The translations under genes were made by a program, and so were the position numbers. A stretch of 64,000 bases of DNA from contig OZ336895.1 of assembly GCA_965287045.1 (NCBI GenBank), positions 13,082,001 through 13,146,000 of the forward strand. Reading direction: 5' to 3'. The notes under the pieces were generated by a model. The model ran no database searches, was not told the DNA's origin, and was given only the letters and a program-made list of their open reading frames with translations. Positions 36,301 through 46,247 of this stretch are shown piece by piece; position 1 is the stretch's first letter; each line of letters opens with the position of its first letter. The DNA comes from Carcharhinus amblyrhynchos (taxonomy: Eukaryota).

Positions 36301-39300
36301 GCATGGGTTTCCTCTGGGTGCTGTGGTTTCCTCCCAGAGTCGGAAAGACAAGCTGGTTAGGTGCATTGGCTGTGCTAAATTCTCCCTCCATGTACCTGAA
36401 CAGGTGCCAGAGTGGCAACTGGGGGATTTTTCACAGTAACTTCATTGCAATATTAGTGTAAGCCTACTTGTGACGATAACACACAAAAAAAACTTAAATG
36501 ATGAGTGGTTAGCAACTATGCTGAAGGTTTAGCTATTGAGACACAAAAATTCCTAAACATTGCTGGATAGATACAAACTGGAGAACCCTGTATGGTTCTG
36601 GCCTCTTTTAGGATCTTGGCAAAAGTGCAATAATGATTTACACGGACAACCGTAGAACCATTGGGAAAGATTAACAGGCTGGGGCCTCCTTAAGAAAAAG
36701 AATTCTGAGGAGTGACCAGTTGCATCATTTAAATTATGAAAGGGTTCAGCAAAACCGACATGGGAGAAACTGCTTCCGGGGCTCGGGGCTATCGATTATG
36801 TAATAGTTACTAATAAATTCAATCAGTAATTCAGGGGAAACTCCTTCAGCCAGGATGCTGAGAACGTGGAAGTCGCTACCATTGGGACTGGAAAGACGTT
36901 AATGTGCAACGCAAACTCGAGCATAGACCGTTGGGCTGAATGGCCTGATTCTCTGCTGTAAATTTTCTGTTAAATAATCAAAAAAGGCCAGTAGCACAGT
37001 GGTTAGCACTGCTGCTTCACAGCTCCCAGGTCCTGGGTTCGATTCCTGGCTTGGGTTATTGTCTGTGTGGATAGTTTGCACATTCTCCATGTGTCTGCGT
37101 GGGTTTCCTCTGGATGCCCCAGTTTCCTCCCACAATCCAAAGATGTGTGGGTTAGGTTGATTGGCCATGCTAAAATTGCCCCTTGGTGTCCTGAGTTGCG
37201 TAGCTTAGAGAGATTGGCGGGTAAACATGTAGGGATAAGGGCCTGGATGGGATTGTGGTTGGTACAGAATCGATGGGCCAAATGGCCTCTTTCTGCACTG
37301 TAGAGTTTCTACGATTCTATGAATGTTGGCCTTTTATCTTGAGCCAGTTGGAAGGCAAGGTGGAGAAATGAGCTTTAATTGTAGATGTTTGGTCTGATCC
37401 CCCAATGAATTTCAACAAGAAATTGGATATAGCTTTTGAGGCTAAAGAGACCAAAGGATATGGGAGAATAGGTGGGGGGGCAGATCAGGATATTGAATTT
37501 GATGATTGGCCATGATCAAAATGAATGGTGGAGCAGGCTCGAAGGGCCGAATGGCTGCCTCCTCCTCCCAGCTTCTATAAATTCTGGGCCCTGTATCTTG
37601 GAGATGAAATGGTCACGATGGGGGAGGGGGGGCGGGGGTATTTCTGGGTATTATGGTATCAGGCTCTAGTTAAAGTGACAAAGGAGTCAATGGGGTAAAT
37701 AATGAGAAAGTATTTCTTCAAAGCGGAGTCCAGAACAAAGGATCAGATTCTTTAATTTTGAGCCGGATTGTTCAGGGGTGATATTAGAAAGTGCTTCCTT
37801 TATGGAGGATTGGAAGTCCAGAACTCTTCTGAGAAGTTTGAGGCTGAGATTGATTTTTATAGAGAGGATGGGAATAGTCTCCAGAAGTGAAGATCTAGAG
37901 ATTGGGAAGTGGTAGATTCTGCTGCCGCTTTCAAGCGGGCGGAAGATTCCACTGAAAAACTGATTGAATCTCCGTTTCCGCTCGCCTGTAATCTAACTCT
38001 TGTATCTCCGTGCAGTGACCCGTCACAGAGTGACTGCGATGTGAAAGATTTCTGGTTGAACATGCCCTCCCTCACAGCTCAGCTACAGAAACAAGCCCAA
38101 CAGAACCCCAGCGCCTCTTACTTCAACATCAGTCTCCTCAAGTACCAGGTACAGATCAGGGAAATTCTCTGGCAATGGACTTTGATTTATGTAGCACCTA
38201 TCATTTTACATATCTCTTCATACATAAAAACTACTTTGTGGAAGATGTGACGCTACTGTGCCTTAAAGAAATGTATTTTAATCATGTTTCCCTGCAGCTT
38301 TTTTAAAGAGGGTCTTTTGCGTTTGTTGCCGACCAGTCTGAGTCGATGTCCTTTTGTTGTTGTTAGAGTCTGTAATAGGCTTTTTCTTCATTTTTAATCT
38401 GGGCCTAATGCAATGTCCTGGAGTTTGAGTTTTATGACCCTTTTGAACTGTTGGAGGAGAATGTCCCACCTGATCTGTCAGTCAGTCAGATTATTTTTTT
38501 CTCACTGGAGTTTTCTACTTTGTTTTTGGTTGCTGGTTAGTCTGTTATGTTTGGACTCCAGGCTAGATGCAGTGTGTTGCGCCTCTCTCTCTCTCTCTCT
38601 GGTATTAGAAATGCTGCAGGCTAGTTGGAAGCAGGTTTCCTTACCTTTCTGAAGTGAAAGTTTGCTGTTGGTGGTTTGCTAGCTAGAGGCAGCAGTGGCC
38701 GTGCCCCTACCTCGAGGGTGGGCTGGAACCGTTATGGCTGGGAAGTCAGGGTTTCAATTCTCCACCCAAAAGACTAATTCAGAGCTGGAAAATCGGGCAT
38801 CGTGAGCATTTTTTTCTGTGTTAAACCTGGGGTGGGTGTGTATATGTAGGAAGGTTTGTTTGGTTGGCACAGTATTCAAAGCTGTTAAGTTTATACAATG
38901 TCATTTTTTTCCTTGTAATTGGTAAAAGTTATTATCAATTGTCTTATTTTAACTGTATTCTTAAATAACTGTGCTTAATGAAAGCTCCCTAGCATGTCAT
39001 TTGAATCATACCTGGGGTGAAATATCTTATGCTTACCTGTGCCGAAATTCAAATTGCAAAACTTTTATAATCAAGGCTAACTCCATAAAACACCTTGGAG
39101 CTTCTGACCTGTTTATAACTAAGGGCTGAGGGACAGTTCAGCCACAATCTGTTGGAATTATGGAGCAGACTAGAGGGGCTGAATGTCCTCCTGTTCCCAT
39201 GCTTGTTACATAGCTAAGCGCAACACAATTCCAGTAATATTGATGGGCTGAGTGATCTGTTTGTTTTTAGTCTTGGGATTGAGTGTCACTGACCTGGCTG

Positions 39301-42300
39301 CCATTCATTCCTGATCGTTATGGTATAACTCGGGAAATACCACACTGCTCACGAGAAGATTTAAAAACAAGCCACATTGATGAGAGATACCCAGACTGGG
39401 TCAGGATGGCAGGCTTCCTCACTAAAGGACAGTAGTAAACTGCTCTGGATTTTCAATCTGGCAGCTTCCTGATCGCCCTTAACTGAGACCAGTGTTTTCT
39501 GTAGATTTTCTGGTGTCGGTATTTCCCCTGCCTGCACTAACCGCTCACCCTGCCCCCAACACTGCCCTTTGCTCACTGTTTTCCCCCATCTCACCCCAAT
39601 GCCACCTCAATCCATTCCGTTACCAGAAATAATTGCTTGATAACAGAAAACAACAGAGATTCCACATGTGCATCCATTCCAGGACAATGGGCTGAATGGC
39701 CTCCTTGTTAACTGTGAACGTTTGTAGCATTTACAACACCTGTAAATCCCAGAGTGAAGGGAGGGGGGAGAGGGAGGAAGAAGGGGAGGTATTAGCAGGA
39801 AGGGAGGGGGAAGGAGGGAGGTATTAGGAGGAAAGGAGGGGGAGGCATTAGGATGAAGGGATGAGGAACAGGCGTTGCCAGAGTGGTTGTGTGTGTAGCA
39901 TGGGGCAGAACAACACCAATTGTGAAGTGAGGTTCTAGCGACATGCTCACTGTGGTGTGGTGTGTGTGTTTTTTTTTTGCAGGTTGCTACGCTGGACTGT
40001 CCGGCTGTTCCCCTGAAAGTTGCTGCTCACTGGAAATGTGAGTCCAATTACACAGAGGTCACCATGGATTATGAGTATGACACACAAACCACAGCAACAC
40101 CACTGAGAAACCTCCATGCTTTGGTACCACTGGAAGGAGACGTCAGTAACATCCAGTCTCAGCCCAACGCTGTCTGGTGAGATGTCAGGAACAGACTGGG
40201 TGGGGGAGAGTGAGGCGAGGGATGGCATGGGTGCTGGGCAGGGGGTTGCTGGGTGAGCAGCCAATGTAATTCCTCCGGTTAGTATGTTGGAAGAATTAAT
40301 TTTTGATTTGATTTATTATTGTCATGTATATTGGCATACAGTGAAAAGTATTAGTTCTTGCGTGCTATACAGACATAGCACACTGCTCATAGAGAAGGAA
40401 ATGAAAGAGTGCAGAATGTAGTGTTACAATCATAGCTCGGGTGTAGAGAAAGATCAACTTAATGCAAAGTAGGTCCATTCAAAAGTCTGATGGTGGCAGG
40501 GAAGAAGCTGTCCTCGAGTCAGTTGGTACGTGACCTCAGACTTTGGTATCTCTTTCCTGACAGAAGAAGGTGGAAGAGAGAATGCCCAGGCTGAGTGGGG
40601 GTCTTTGATTACGCTGGCTACTTTGCCGAGGCAGTGGGAAGTGTAGACAGAGTCAATGGATGGGAGGCTGGTTTGCGTGATGGATTGGGCTACACTTACA
40701 ACCTTTTGTAGTTTCTTGCAGTCTTGGGCAGAGCAAGGGCCATACCAAGCTGTGATACAACCAGAAAGGATGCTTTCTATGGTGCATCTGTAAAAGATGG
40801 TGAATGCCAAATTTATTTAGTCTTCTGAGAAATTAGAGGCGACTGTGGGCTTTTTCTTAACTATAGTGTTGGCATGGGGGGTGGTGGGGTGGGGTACCAG
40901 GATAGGTTATTGGTGATCTGAATACCTAAAACCTTGAAGCTCTTGACCCTTTTTACTTTGCTCAGTTGATTTAGACAGGGGCGTGTTCTCCTTTATGCTT
41001 CCTGAAGTCAATGACACTCTCTTTTGTTTTGTTGACGTTGAGGGAGAGATTATTGCTGCCGCACCAATTCACCAGATTCTCTCTATCTCATTCCTGTACT
41101 CTGTCTCCTCGTTGTTTGAAATCCGACCCACTACAGCGGTGTCATCAGCAAACTTGAAAATCAAATTGGAGTGGAATTTGGCCACAGTCATAGGTGTATA
41201 AGGAGTATAGTGGGGGAGCTGACTGAGCTCCTCCCCAAAGAGGGTACTTCCCACTGCTGTTCCTCCTCCTCTCTTCACCACACCCACCCCCCCACCAACC
41301 CAAAAAAATACAACGATAATTCAGGCTGGGGCCATACCTATCCTCAGTATCATCTTGGTAACTTGTATTTTATATAGCACCTTTTTTAATTAATAAAACA
41401 TCCAAAATCAGACACAATTTGACACTCTGCCACTGGAAGGGATATTAAGATGATGATGATGATGATGAAAGGTTTGGTTGGTGAGGCTGAGTGAATTGCA
41501 GAGGGAATCCTGGAGATTGGGGCCCAGGCACAGCAGTCAGTGATGGAGGAAGCTTTGACATCCAGTCAGGGGCTGACTCTCCGTTTCTCTTCCTGAAGGA
41601 ATTCCAAACAGAAGAGGCTGTGGTGGAAGCTTCCGGATATCTGCAACCAGTCAGGAACCGAAGGTAAATTGTGTTGGAATGGAGGGTGCAAACACGTTCC
41701 TCTCACCATTCCCATTGTCTGGGAGCTCCTCGGGTGGCAGGCTGGGGACAGATACTGGCATTGATATTAATCCCTCTGTCCGACTGTCACTCTGACTCCA
41801 GGCAGCAGGCAGAAGGGATGGAAGATGGTAAAATTGGACAGGGTGGCTACAAACCAACTCCACTGGGCTCGTCTCCCACCTGATGCCTAACTGGAAAGTA
41901 AAAGTTGATTTATTATTGTCACATGTATTAACATTAGTGAAAAGTATTGTTTCCCACACGCTATATAGACAAAACATACCGTTCATAGCAAAGGAAACGA
42001 GAGTGTGTGGAATGTAGTGTTACAGTCATAGCTAGGGTGTAGAGAAAGATCAGCTTAATGCGAGGTAGGTCCATTCAAAAGTCTGGCAGCAGGGAAGAAG
42101 CTGTTCTTAAGTCGATTGGTACATGACCTAAGACTTTTGTATCTTTTTCCCGAAGGACAGAGGTGGAAGAGAGAATGTCCGGGGTGCATGGCATCCTTGA
42201 TTATGCTGGCAGCTTTGCTGAGGCAGTGGAAAGTGTAGACAGAGTCAATGGATGGGAGGCTGGTTTGCGTGATGGATTGGGCTACATTCACGACCTTTTG

Positions 42301-44663
42301 TAGTTCCTTGTGATCCTCCGGACTCCTTGGTGCCACCAAGTGATTTTAACCCCATTTCAGAGTGGATTATGGAGGGAGCGGCTGATGGGTCAGTGACAGA
42401 GACAGAGGTTGTTCAATTATTTAAACTTTAGAGGGGGTTCCATTCCAGACCCTGAGGCACTAGAACCTCATCAGGAGCCCTGCAAATCCATTCCCTCTAG
42501 CCCCTTCCACACTCATCCCCTGATCACCCTTAAACACACCCCTCCCCTCTCTGCCCTGCAGGGATGTGTGTTAGGAACAAAGGTATAATGATGTTTTTTT
42601 GTGTTAAGAAAGGTGAAAATCTAGGTTTGGTTTTGGGTTAGTGAGTTGAGTATGGGCCCTGTTTATATACGATGAGCATTTATGACCATTGAAGTGAGGA
42701 GATGGGTTATCCAGAGGTCAGTAGCTTTGGGAAATTGTGAAAAAAAAACACAAACTACAGAAACTGCTGTTGCCCAGCAACAGGGGATCAGAGAGATGCA
42801 TAGAGAGCCAGGGAGAGATGGATTTTAGTTCCGTTGTAGAGGGTGAAGATAAAAGTCTAAGGCTCTCGCTAGCTGGAAATGATATTGAGGAATATAGTCA
42901 TATCATAGAATCCCTACAATGCAGAAGAAGCCATTTGGCCCATCTTGTCTGCACTGACTCTGACTGAGAATCTTACCCAGGCCCACTTCCCCTGCCTTAT
43001 CTCTGTAACCCCACACATTTTATCATGGCTAATCCACCTAACCTACAGATCGTCAGACACTAAGACAATTTAGCATGGGCAATCCAACTAACCTGCGCAT
43101 CTTTGGACTGTGGGAGGAAACCGGAGCACCCAGAGGAAACCCATATTGCTCTAAGGTTAGAATAATAGGGAATTTGGTGAGTTTTCTGGATATCTTTGGG
43201 GAGTATCTTTGGAATTCTCTGCCCGTTGAAGTTGTGGAGGCTGCCTCGCTAAATATTTTTAAGACGCGGGTTGATGGGTTTTTGATAGGAGAGGGGATTA
43301 AGGGTTATGGGGAGAGGGCGGGAAAGTGGAACTGAGCAGCGACAGATCAGCCATGATCTTATTGAATGGCGGGGCAGGCTCGAAGGGCTGGATGGCCTAC
43401 TCCTGCTCCTATTTCTTATGTTCTTATTATGTTCTTATGTACCAATTGTGGTGGGGCTTCTGAACCAGCCCTTGGTCTGTTTCTAACAGCAACTCTTTTC
43501 TGGCGTGTTGAGTCCGTATTGTCTAAATCTGAATCGTTTTTCTTAATGTCTGTGTTGAAAACTTTCCAACATTTTCTTGTCTGGACAATGTATCTCTTTG
43601 TTAAAAAATTAACAGCAGACTCCTGTGAATCTCTTCAGTAAATACCCTCCACCATTTAAAAAAATAATGATCTAGCAAGGGAGATCTGGGGGTCAGACTT
43701 GTCTATCAACCAGGATCATGACAAGGGAAAGAAAGCCCACCATTCCAGGGCTGAGGCTGTCACTGGCAAGGCAGAATTTATTGCCCATCCCTTGCTGCCC
43801 TGAGAAGGCTCCCTCCCCTTGTGCCATTTGAACTAGGGTTGCTGCTCCTTTGCACCAGTGAACTCTCTCGATCTGGTGCCCATGACCTGAGACTGAAGTG
43901 TGCGGGATGTAGCTTGTTCACAATAAAATTCTCCTGCTCTCTCTCTCTTCTTGGAAATCTGTAGCTAACTTGTCCGTCTGGCTCCTGCAGGCAAAGGTTT
44001 GCTCCGTGCAAGCTGGGATGTAGCTGATGGCCCCAATAAGCCTTCACCCCTGGCTCTGCAGTTTACCAGCGAGGGCAGTACGATGTCTGGCACTGATATA
44101 TGTCTGGTTGGAGGTGGATACAGACTCTCACTGGTAAAGAAGAAATTAGTTACAGGTAAGAGTTCCAGATGTTCAGTTATTGAAATTGAGGAATATGTTT
44201 ATATTGGGTATGGGTGGCACAGTGCTTAGCACTGCTACCTCCCAGAGCCAGGTTCCTGGGTTTGATTCCCAGCTTGGATCACTGACTGTGTGGAGTTTGC
44301 ATGTTCTCCCTGTGTCTCTGTGGGTTTTCTCTGGGTGCTCCTGTTTTCTCCCACAGTCTGAAAGACACGCTGGTTAGATGCATTGGCCATGCTAAAGTCT
44401 CTCTGTGTACCCCAACAGGCCCCGGAGTGTGGCGACTAAAGGATTTTCGCAGTGACTTCTTTGCAGTGTTAATGTAAGCCTGCTTGTGACACTAATAAAT
44501 AAACTTTAATGAATCTTCACTGAGTAAATCTGTGACGCCGTACACTGGGTCGAACAACTGGGTAATGCTGATTTACTTTCTATTTTGTCACTACCAGTTG
44601 GCAATGTCGCTAATTTTTGCATTTTGATTTCTCCGTCTAGGCAAGTACTTTGCCGGATGCTAG
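12278..44663 (+). CDS. FCHO1: F-BAR domain only protein 1 (muniscin; clathrin-pit nucleator), spliced, 26 coding exons in window, N-terminal ATG exon missing
   Basis: Exons join phase-consistently into 2868 nt (955 aa + TAG). N-terminal F-BAR ([31 protein letters not shown]...), acidic/APA linker ([35 protein letters not shown]) and C-terminal muHD (SRGPSPV...GKYFAGC*). [25 protein letters not shown] and [10 protein letters not shown] match FCHO1 better than FCHO2 as I recall those proteins. Confidence 0.92.
12409..12448 (+). ncRNA. Minimal type I hammerhead ribozyme motif in Penelope-like fragment (element approx. 12402-12507)
   Basis: CAC-CTGATGA-A-GGGGC agc GCTCT-GAAA-GC-TA-GTG. Confidence 0.7.
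12821..12892 (+). CDS. FCHO1: FCHO1 coding exon ([24 protein letters not shown])
   Basis: cttcttgcag/A...CTGGG/gtaagt; 72 nt. Confidence 0.95.
13410..13735 (-). mobile_element. tRNA-derived SINE (second family); related fragment ~39270-39440
   Basis: Reverse B-box GGGATTTGAACCC; core TTCCTTCCCTAAAGGACAC...GAACCAGATGGG. Confidence 0.6.
14000..14141 (+). CDS. FCHO1: FCHO1 coding exon ([20 protein letters not shown]...KMHRK)
   Basis: tttttcag/G...AAG/gtaact; 142 nt; matches ORF 14013. Confidence 0.95.
14295..14447 (+). CDS. FCHO1: FCHO1 coding exon ([13 protein letters not shown]...QKEIDK)
   Basis: cccag/ACA...AAG/gtaact; 153 nt. Confidence 0.95.
14556..14755. mobile_element. Palindromic Penelope-like element (second family) with decayed hammerhead on - strand
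   Basis: ~64-bp inverted arms 14556-14619 / 14653-14717; loop region on - strand reads CTGACAT-T-GGGTC atcta GACTC-GAAT. Confidence 0.65.
14877..14981 (+). CDS. FCHO1: FCHO1 coding exon ([13 protein letters not shown]...MAEAAQ)
   Basis: tcacag/GCT...CAG/gttgga; 105 nt. Confidence 0.93.
15090..16050 (+). mobile_element. Old CR1 fragment split by SINE; other old CR1 pieces ~4040-4410, 5420-5655, 8210-8640(-), 13120-13380(-), 28260-28530, 32930-33260(-), 49790-50620
   Basis: Degenerate KCEV.HF / ERVQR.FTRM / FFTQRV..WN motifs. Confidence 0.65.
15400..15718 (-). mobile_element. HE1-type SINE with CR1-like tail, inserted in CR1 fragment
   Basis: Reverse complement of head and central domain. 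Confidence 0.85.
16364..16665 (+). mobile_element. HE1-type SINE, CR1-like tail
   Basis: Head, central domain and GATTCT tail. Confidence 0.85.
16738..16836 (+). CDS. FCHO1: FCHO1 coding exon ([15 protein letters not shown]...VQVGQ)
   Basis: ctgcag/AAA...CAG/gtgggt; 99 nt. Confidence 0.95.
16915..17530 (-). mobile_element. CR1 LINE 3' fragment
   Basis: Reverse tail AGAACAAAGAAAATTACAGCACAGGAACAGGCC and decayed ORF2. Confidence 0.8.
18400..18496 (+). CDS. FCHO1: FCHO1 coding exon ([11 protein letters not shown]...KGTGKEKP)
   Basis: ttattcag/GTT...CCAG/gtaatg; 97 nt; end of F-BAR. Confidence 0.95.
18666..18710 (+). CDS. FCHO1: FCHO1 coding exon ([15 protein letters not shown])
   Basis: ttccag/GA...GAAG/gtgagc; 45 nt. 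Confidence 0.92.
18835..19880 (-). mobile_element. Decayed CR1 LINE 3' fragment
   Basis: Minus-strand ORF pieces [27 protein letters not shown]. Confidence 0.85.
20428..20703 (+). mobile_element. HE1-type SINE, CR1-like tail
   Basis: Head and GTAGGGATTCTATGATTCT tail. Confidence 0.85.
20760..20832 (+). CDS. FCHO1: FCHO1 coding exon ([24 protein letters not shown])
   Basis: aaacag/CT...CCAC/gtgagt; 73 nt. Confidence 0.92.
21850..21874 (+). CDS. FCHO1: FCHO1 25-nt microexon (GSPDADSI)
   Basis: ctgtttcag/G...ATT/gtgagt; required to restore phase between neighbouring exons. Confidence 0.88.
22220..22946 (-). mobile_element. Probable solo LTR, same family as 38246-39120
   Basis: Minus strand starts TGTGATAA; shared GAATCA...GGRGTGAAAYATCTTAT...TTCTGA block. 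Confidence 0.55.
23323..23380 (+). CDS. FCHO1: FCHO1 coding exon ([19 protein letters not shown]), ends at U12 donor
   Basis: ttttccag/AAT...AATG/atatcctt; 58 nt. Confidence 0.92.
23381..25595 (+). other. U12-type (minor spliceosome) AT-AC intron
   Basis: 5' site ATATCCTT at 23381; branch TTCCTTGAC 25577-25585; terminal AC 25594-25595; joins flanking exons in frame (QN-D-ERE). Confidence 0.9.
24630..25460 (+). repeat. G-rich minisatellite (~31-34 bp unit, roughly 26 copies)
   Basis: GAGGTTGGGCAGGTGG(T/G)GGGTGTGGGGAGGA(TA/GGA) repeats; source of the spurious long P/T/G-rich ORFs. Confidence 0.95.
25596..25774 (+). CDS. FCHO1: FCHO1 coding exon ([29 protein letters not shown]...[12 protein letters not shown])
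   Basis: Follows AC acceptor; ends ATG/gtaagc; 179 nt. Confidence 0.92.
26352..26376 (+). CDS. FCHO1: FCHO1 25-nt microexon (IPSKRNST)
   Basis: ttgttttacag/ATT...CGA/gtaagt; phase fits. Confidence 0.82.
26815..26877 (+). CDS. FCHO1: FCHO1 linker exon ([20 protein letters not shown])
   Basis: ctgtgtag/GG...AGAG/gtaagg; 63 nt, symmetric phase 1. Confidence 0.75.
27596..27647 (+). CDS. FCHO1: FCHO1 linker exon ([16 protein letters not shown])
   Basis: ctccag/GT...GCAG/gtatgt; 52 nt; phase fits. Confidence 0.78.
27970..28061 (+). CDS. FCHO1: FCHO1 exon with [13 protein letters not shown] motif
   Basis: cttccag/C...ACAG/gtaatg; 92 nt; NAGNAG acceptor. Confidence 0.9.
28577..28892 (-). mobile_element. 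HE1-type SINE
   Basis: Full reverse-complement copy. Confidence 0.85.
29710..30033 (-). mobile_element. HE1-type SINE with short Penelope-end insert (~29944-29974)
   Basis: Reverse copy; contains AGAATGCTGGAAAATCTCACC, similar to the arm at ~14568. Confidence 0.8.
30310..30650 (-). mobile_element. LINE 3' end fragment ([15 protein letters not shown]...HHLLKGN*); related copies ~7715-8080, 9660-9780, 18150-18375
   Basis: ORF 30332-30616 reads as a CR1/L2-group ORF2 C-terminus. Confidence 0.7.
30717..31121 (+). CDS. FCHO1: FCHO1 large S/P/T-rich linker exon ([11 protein letters not shown]...)
   Basis: ttttccag/GC; open frame equals ORF 30737; donor CAG/gtcttt is weak (alternative same-phase donor at 31085). 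Confidence 0.8.
31760..31972 (-). repeat. Same ~68-bp minisatellite, ~3 copies, inverted
   Basis: Reverse complement of the 495-910 unit. Confidence 0.9.
32036..32148 (+). CDS. FCHO1: FCHO1 exon (IASVQAESS...[13 protein letters not shown]...GTDA)
   Basis: ccacag/GA...GCA/gtacgt; 113 nt. Confidence 0.82.
33443..33572 (+). CDS. FCHO1: FCHO1 exon ([16 protein letters not shown]...STPAFSA)
   Basis: cccttcag/CCC...GCGT/gtaagt; 130 nt. Confidence 0.85.
34436..34547 (+). CDS. FCHO1: FCHO1 muHD exon ([36 protein letters not shown])
   Basis: cccag/GT...CAAA/gtaagt; 112 nt. Confidence 0.95.
35922..36077 (+). CDS. FCHO1: FCHO1 muHD exon ([21 protein letters not shown]...NAQFLY)
   Basis: tttttgcag/T...ACAG/gtgagg; 156 nt. 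Confidence 0.95.
36218..36495 (+). mobile_element. HE1-type SINE, TAATAAATA-type tail
   Basis: Similar to 2134-2400. Confidence 0.85.
36990..37322 (+). mobile_element. HE1-type SINE, CR1-like tail
   Basis: Head and ATTCTAT tail. Confidence 0.85.
38016..38148 (+). CDS. FCHO1: FCHO1 muHD exon ([16 protein letters not shown]...LLKYQ)
   Basis: gtgcag/T...CAG/gtacag; 133 nt. Confidence 0.95.
38246..39120 (+). mobile_element. Probable solo LTR
   Basis: Starts TGTGA; its 3' part resembles the reverse complement of 22220-22400. Confidence 0.55.
39983..40176 (+). CDS. FCHO1: FCHO1 muHD exon ([19 protein letters not shown]...QPNAV)
   Basis: tttttgcag/GTT...TCTG/gtgaga; 194 nt. Confidence 0.95.
40305..41210 (-). 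mobile_element. Rex1/Babar-type LINE 3' fragment; related copies 41905-42310, 58388-58635, 59375-59895
   Basis: [31 protein letters not shown]; reverse tail GATTTGATTTATTATTGTCA. Confidence 0.8.
41599..41663 (+). CDS. FCHO1: FCHO1 muHD exon ([21 protein letters not shown])
   Basis: tcctgaag/G...GAAG/gtaaat; 65 nt. Confidence 0.93.
42902..43143 (-). mobile_element. HE1-type SINE (headless)
   Basis: Reverse tail and central domain. Confidence 0.8.
43205..43440 (+). mobile_element. Short 3' copy of the same young CR1 subfamily
   Basis: Near-identical to 51616-51835; (TTCTTATG)n tail. Confidence 0.9.
43991..44155 (+). CDS. FCHO1: FCHO1 muHD exon ([10 protein letters not shown]...[13 protein letters not shown])
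   Basis: cctgcag/GC...ACAG/gtaaga; 165 nt. Confidence 0.95.
44210..44506 (+). mobile_element. HE1-type SINE, TAATAAATA tail
   Basis: Full copy in the last FCHO1 intron. Confidence 0.85.
44641..44663 (+). CDS. FCHO1: FCHO1 terminal coding exon (GKYFAGC*)
   Basis: ccgtctag/GC AAG TAC TTT GCC GGA TGC TAG. Confidence 0.93.
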
Positions 44664-44689
44664 TGAGGAATCCTCCCACTGGATGAAGA

Positions 44690-44692
44690 TGT

Positions 44693-44723
<31 letters not shown>
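44690..44723 (+). repeat. (TG)n microsatellite just after the FCHO1 stop
   Basis: Direct reading. Confidence 0.9.
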
Positions 44724-44724
<1 letters not shown>

Positions 44725-45323
44725 AGTCGATTCACTGTGTCCATCTGGGAATTGTTTGAGAGATTCCACTGTTTTGAGTGGTTACGGACTCTGGCATATC
44801 TAACAGTTTACCTCAATCACTCTGATTTGGTCTGTAATGTTTTGAAAAGCTCCCTATTGAGCAGTTTTCTCCTGCCGTACCCACAAACGGGAAAATCTTT
44901 CAACCAAACTCCACCCGGATTTGAAGGTTTTTGAATTTGTTTCCATTCCGACTTTGTTCTAAGCTGCTGCCCCGTGAAACTTGCAAACAGGTATAAAGAG
45001 AAGCAGTAAATGCTCTTACTCACGATCAATTATGCAAAGTTTCTCCCTTGTCTTATTGCACTTGGAATGAGTTCTTGGTTCAGCATATGTTTCTGATCCT
45101 TTTTTATCTGTTGGCTATCCCAACAGAATTCCAGATAATGGGAGTCTCTGCAATCTTTTTGTTATGTGGAAGTTACAACTTTGGGATTTTTGTTATTGCC
45201 ATTTTGGAGTTGAGTACAGTTTATGTAAACCTGACTGATCCCAGCTCAGCCTCCCTGCCGAATACTGGTGACTTGAAGAATGTGACTGAGACTCGGACAC
45301 ACCTTCCCCCCCCACATTCCTTT

Positions 45324-45592
45324 GGGTTGCCAACTGAAGCCACATTGCCTGTCCTGAACTCTCCCTAGGAAAGGGTTTTGAGAACTGACCAAGATGTTTT
45401 AAAACATTGAGGAATTGTAGAGTCTCCAGGGATGTCTGAAACTAACAGGCTGATCAGACAAATCTGATTTGCCATTAATGTTTAATTTTTAGAATTCTTG
45501 TGATTTTTCTCCTTTTTTTTTATTTTATCTGCTGGGAGATTTAATTTTTAATTGCTGAAGGCTCCGGGTGAATTGTGGAGAGTTGGCAACCC
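45324..45592. mobile_element. MITE with GGGTTGCCAACT TIRs (hAT-like)
   Basis: Perfect 12-bp inverted termini 45324-45335 / 45581-45592. Confidence 0.55.
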
Positions 45593-46076
45593 TTGCTACC
45601 TCTCTGACGGAGAGTTTGGGGAAGAGTTATTCTGGGTTTCAAGGAGCCAGGAATTCTGGATGTATTGAACTGGATTCTGTGTATCAGTTGTGGACTTTTC
45701 TTTTTGGTTTTTTTTTGTTTAATCAGTGTTATATTTCCATGTTTGCACAATTGTATCCAAATGGATGGAGTTAAAATTCATTGAAACTTTAACTATTCAA
45801 TGTGCGGCTAGAGTCCAGTTTGTTTGATTACCTGGCCAGGTAGGTACTGAGTGCTGGAAAATGATTCCTTCCTTAATCCAAAGACGCACTTACTGGGTTT
45901 CATCATCCCGACACAGTTAATTGATCCCTTCCTAAAAGTCTCCCTGAATGTACAGTGCCTTTTGGACAGCGTTTAGTGCAATGTCTCTGTAGATAAGTCT
46001 TGTTCCTATTCACTCCTTTGATCCCTGGTTGACCAATAGACATTGGGGCAAAATACAAGGATAGCAAGTTTGTATC

Positions 46077-46247
46077 TGTACCCCAGTGAGAGTCAGCACC
46101 TTCAGGGGAGGAGGAAGAACCTGCACCCCAGTGAGAGTCAGCACCTTCAGGAGAGGAGGGGACCCTGTACCCCAGTGAGAGTCAGCACCTTCAGGAGAGG
46201 AGGGGACCCTGTACCCCAGTGAGAGTCAGCACCTTCAGGAGAGGAAG
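46077..46247 (+). repeat. ~44-bp tandem repeat, 4 copies
   Basis: CTGTACCCCAGTGAGAGTCAGCACCTTCAGGAGAGGAGGGGACC; related TACCCCAGTGAGAGTCAG units at 12648-12720. Confidence 0.85.
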
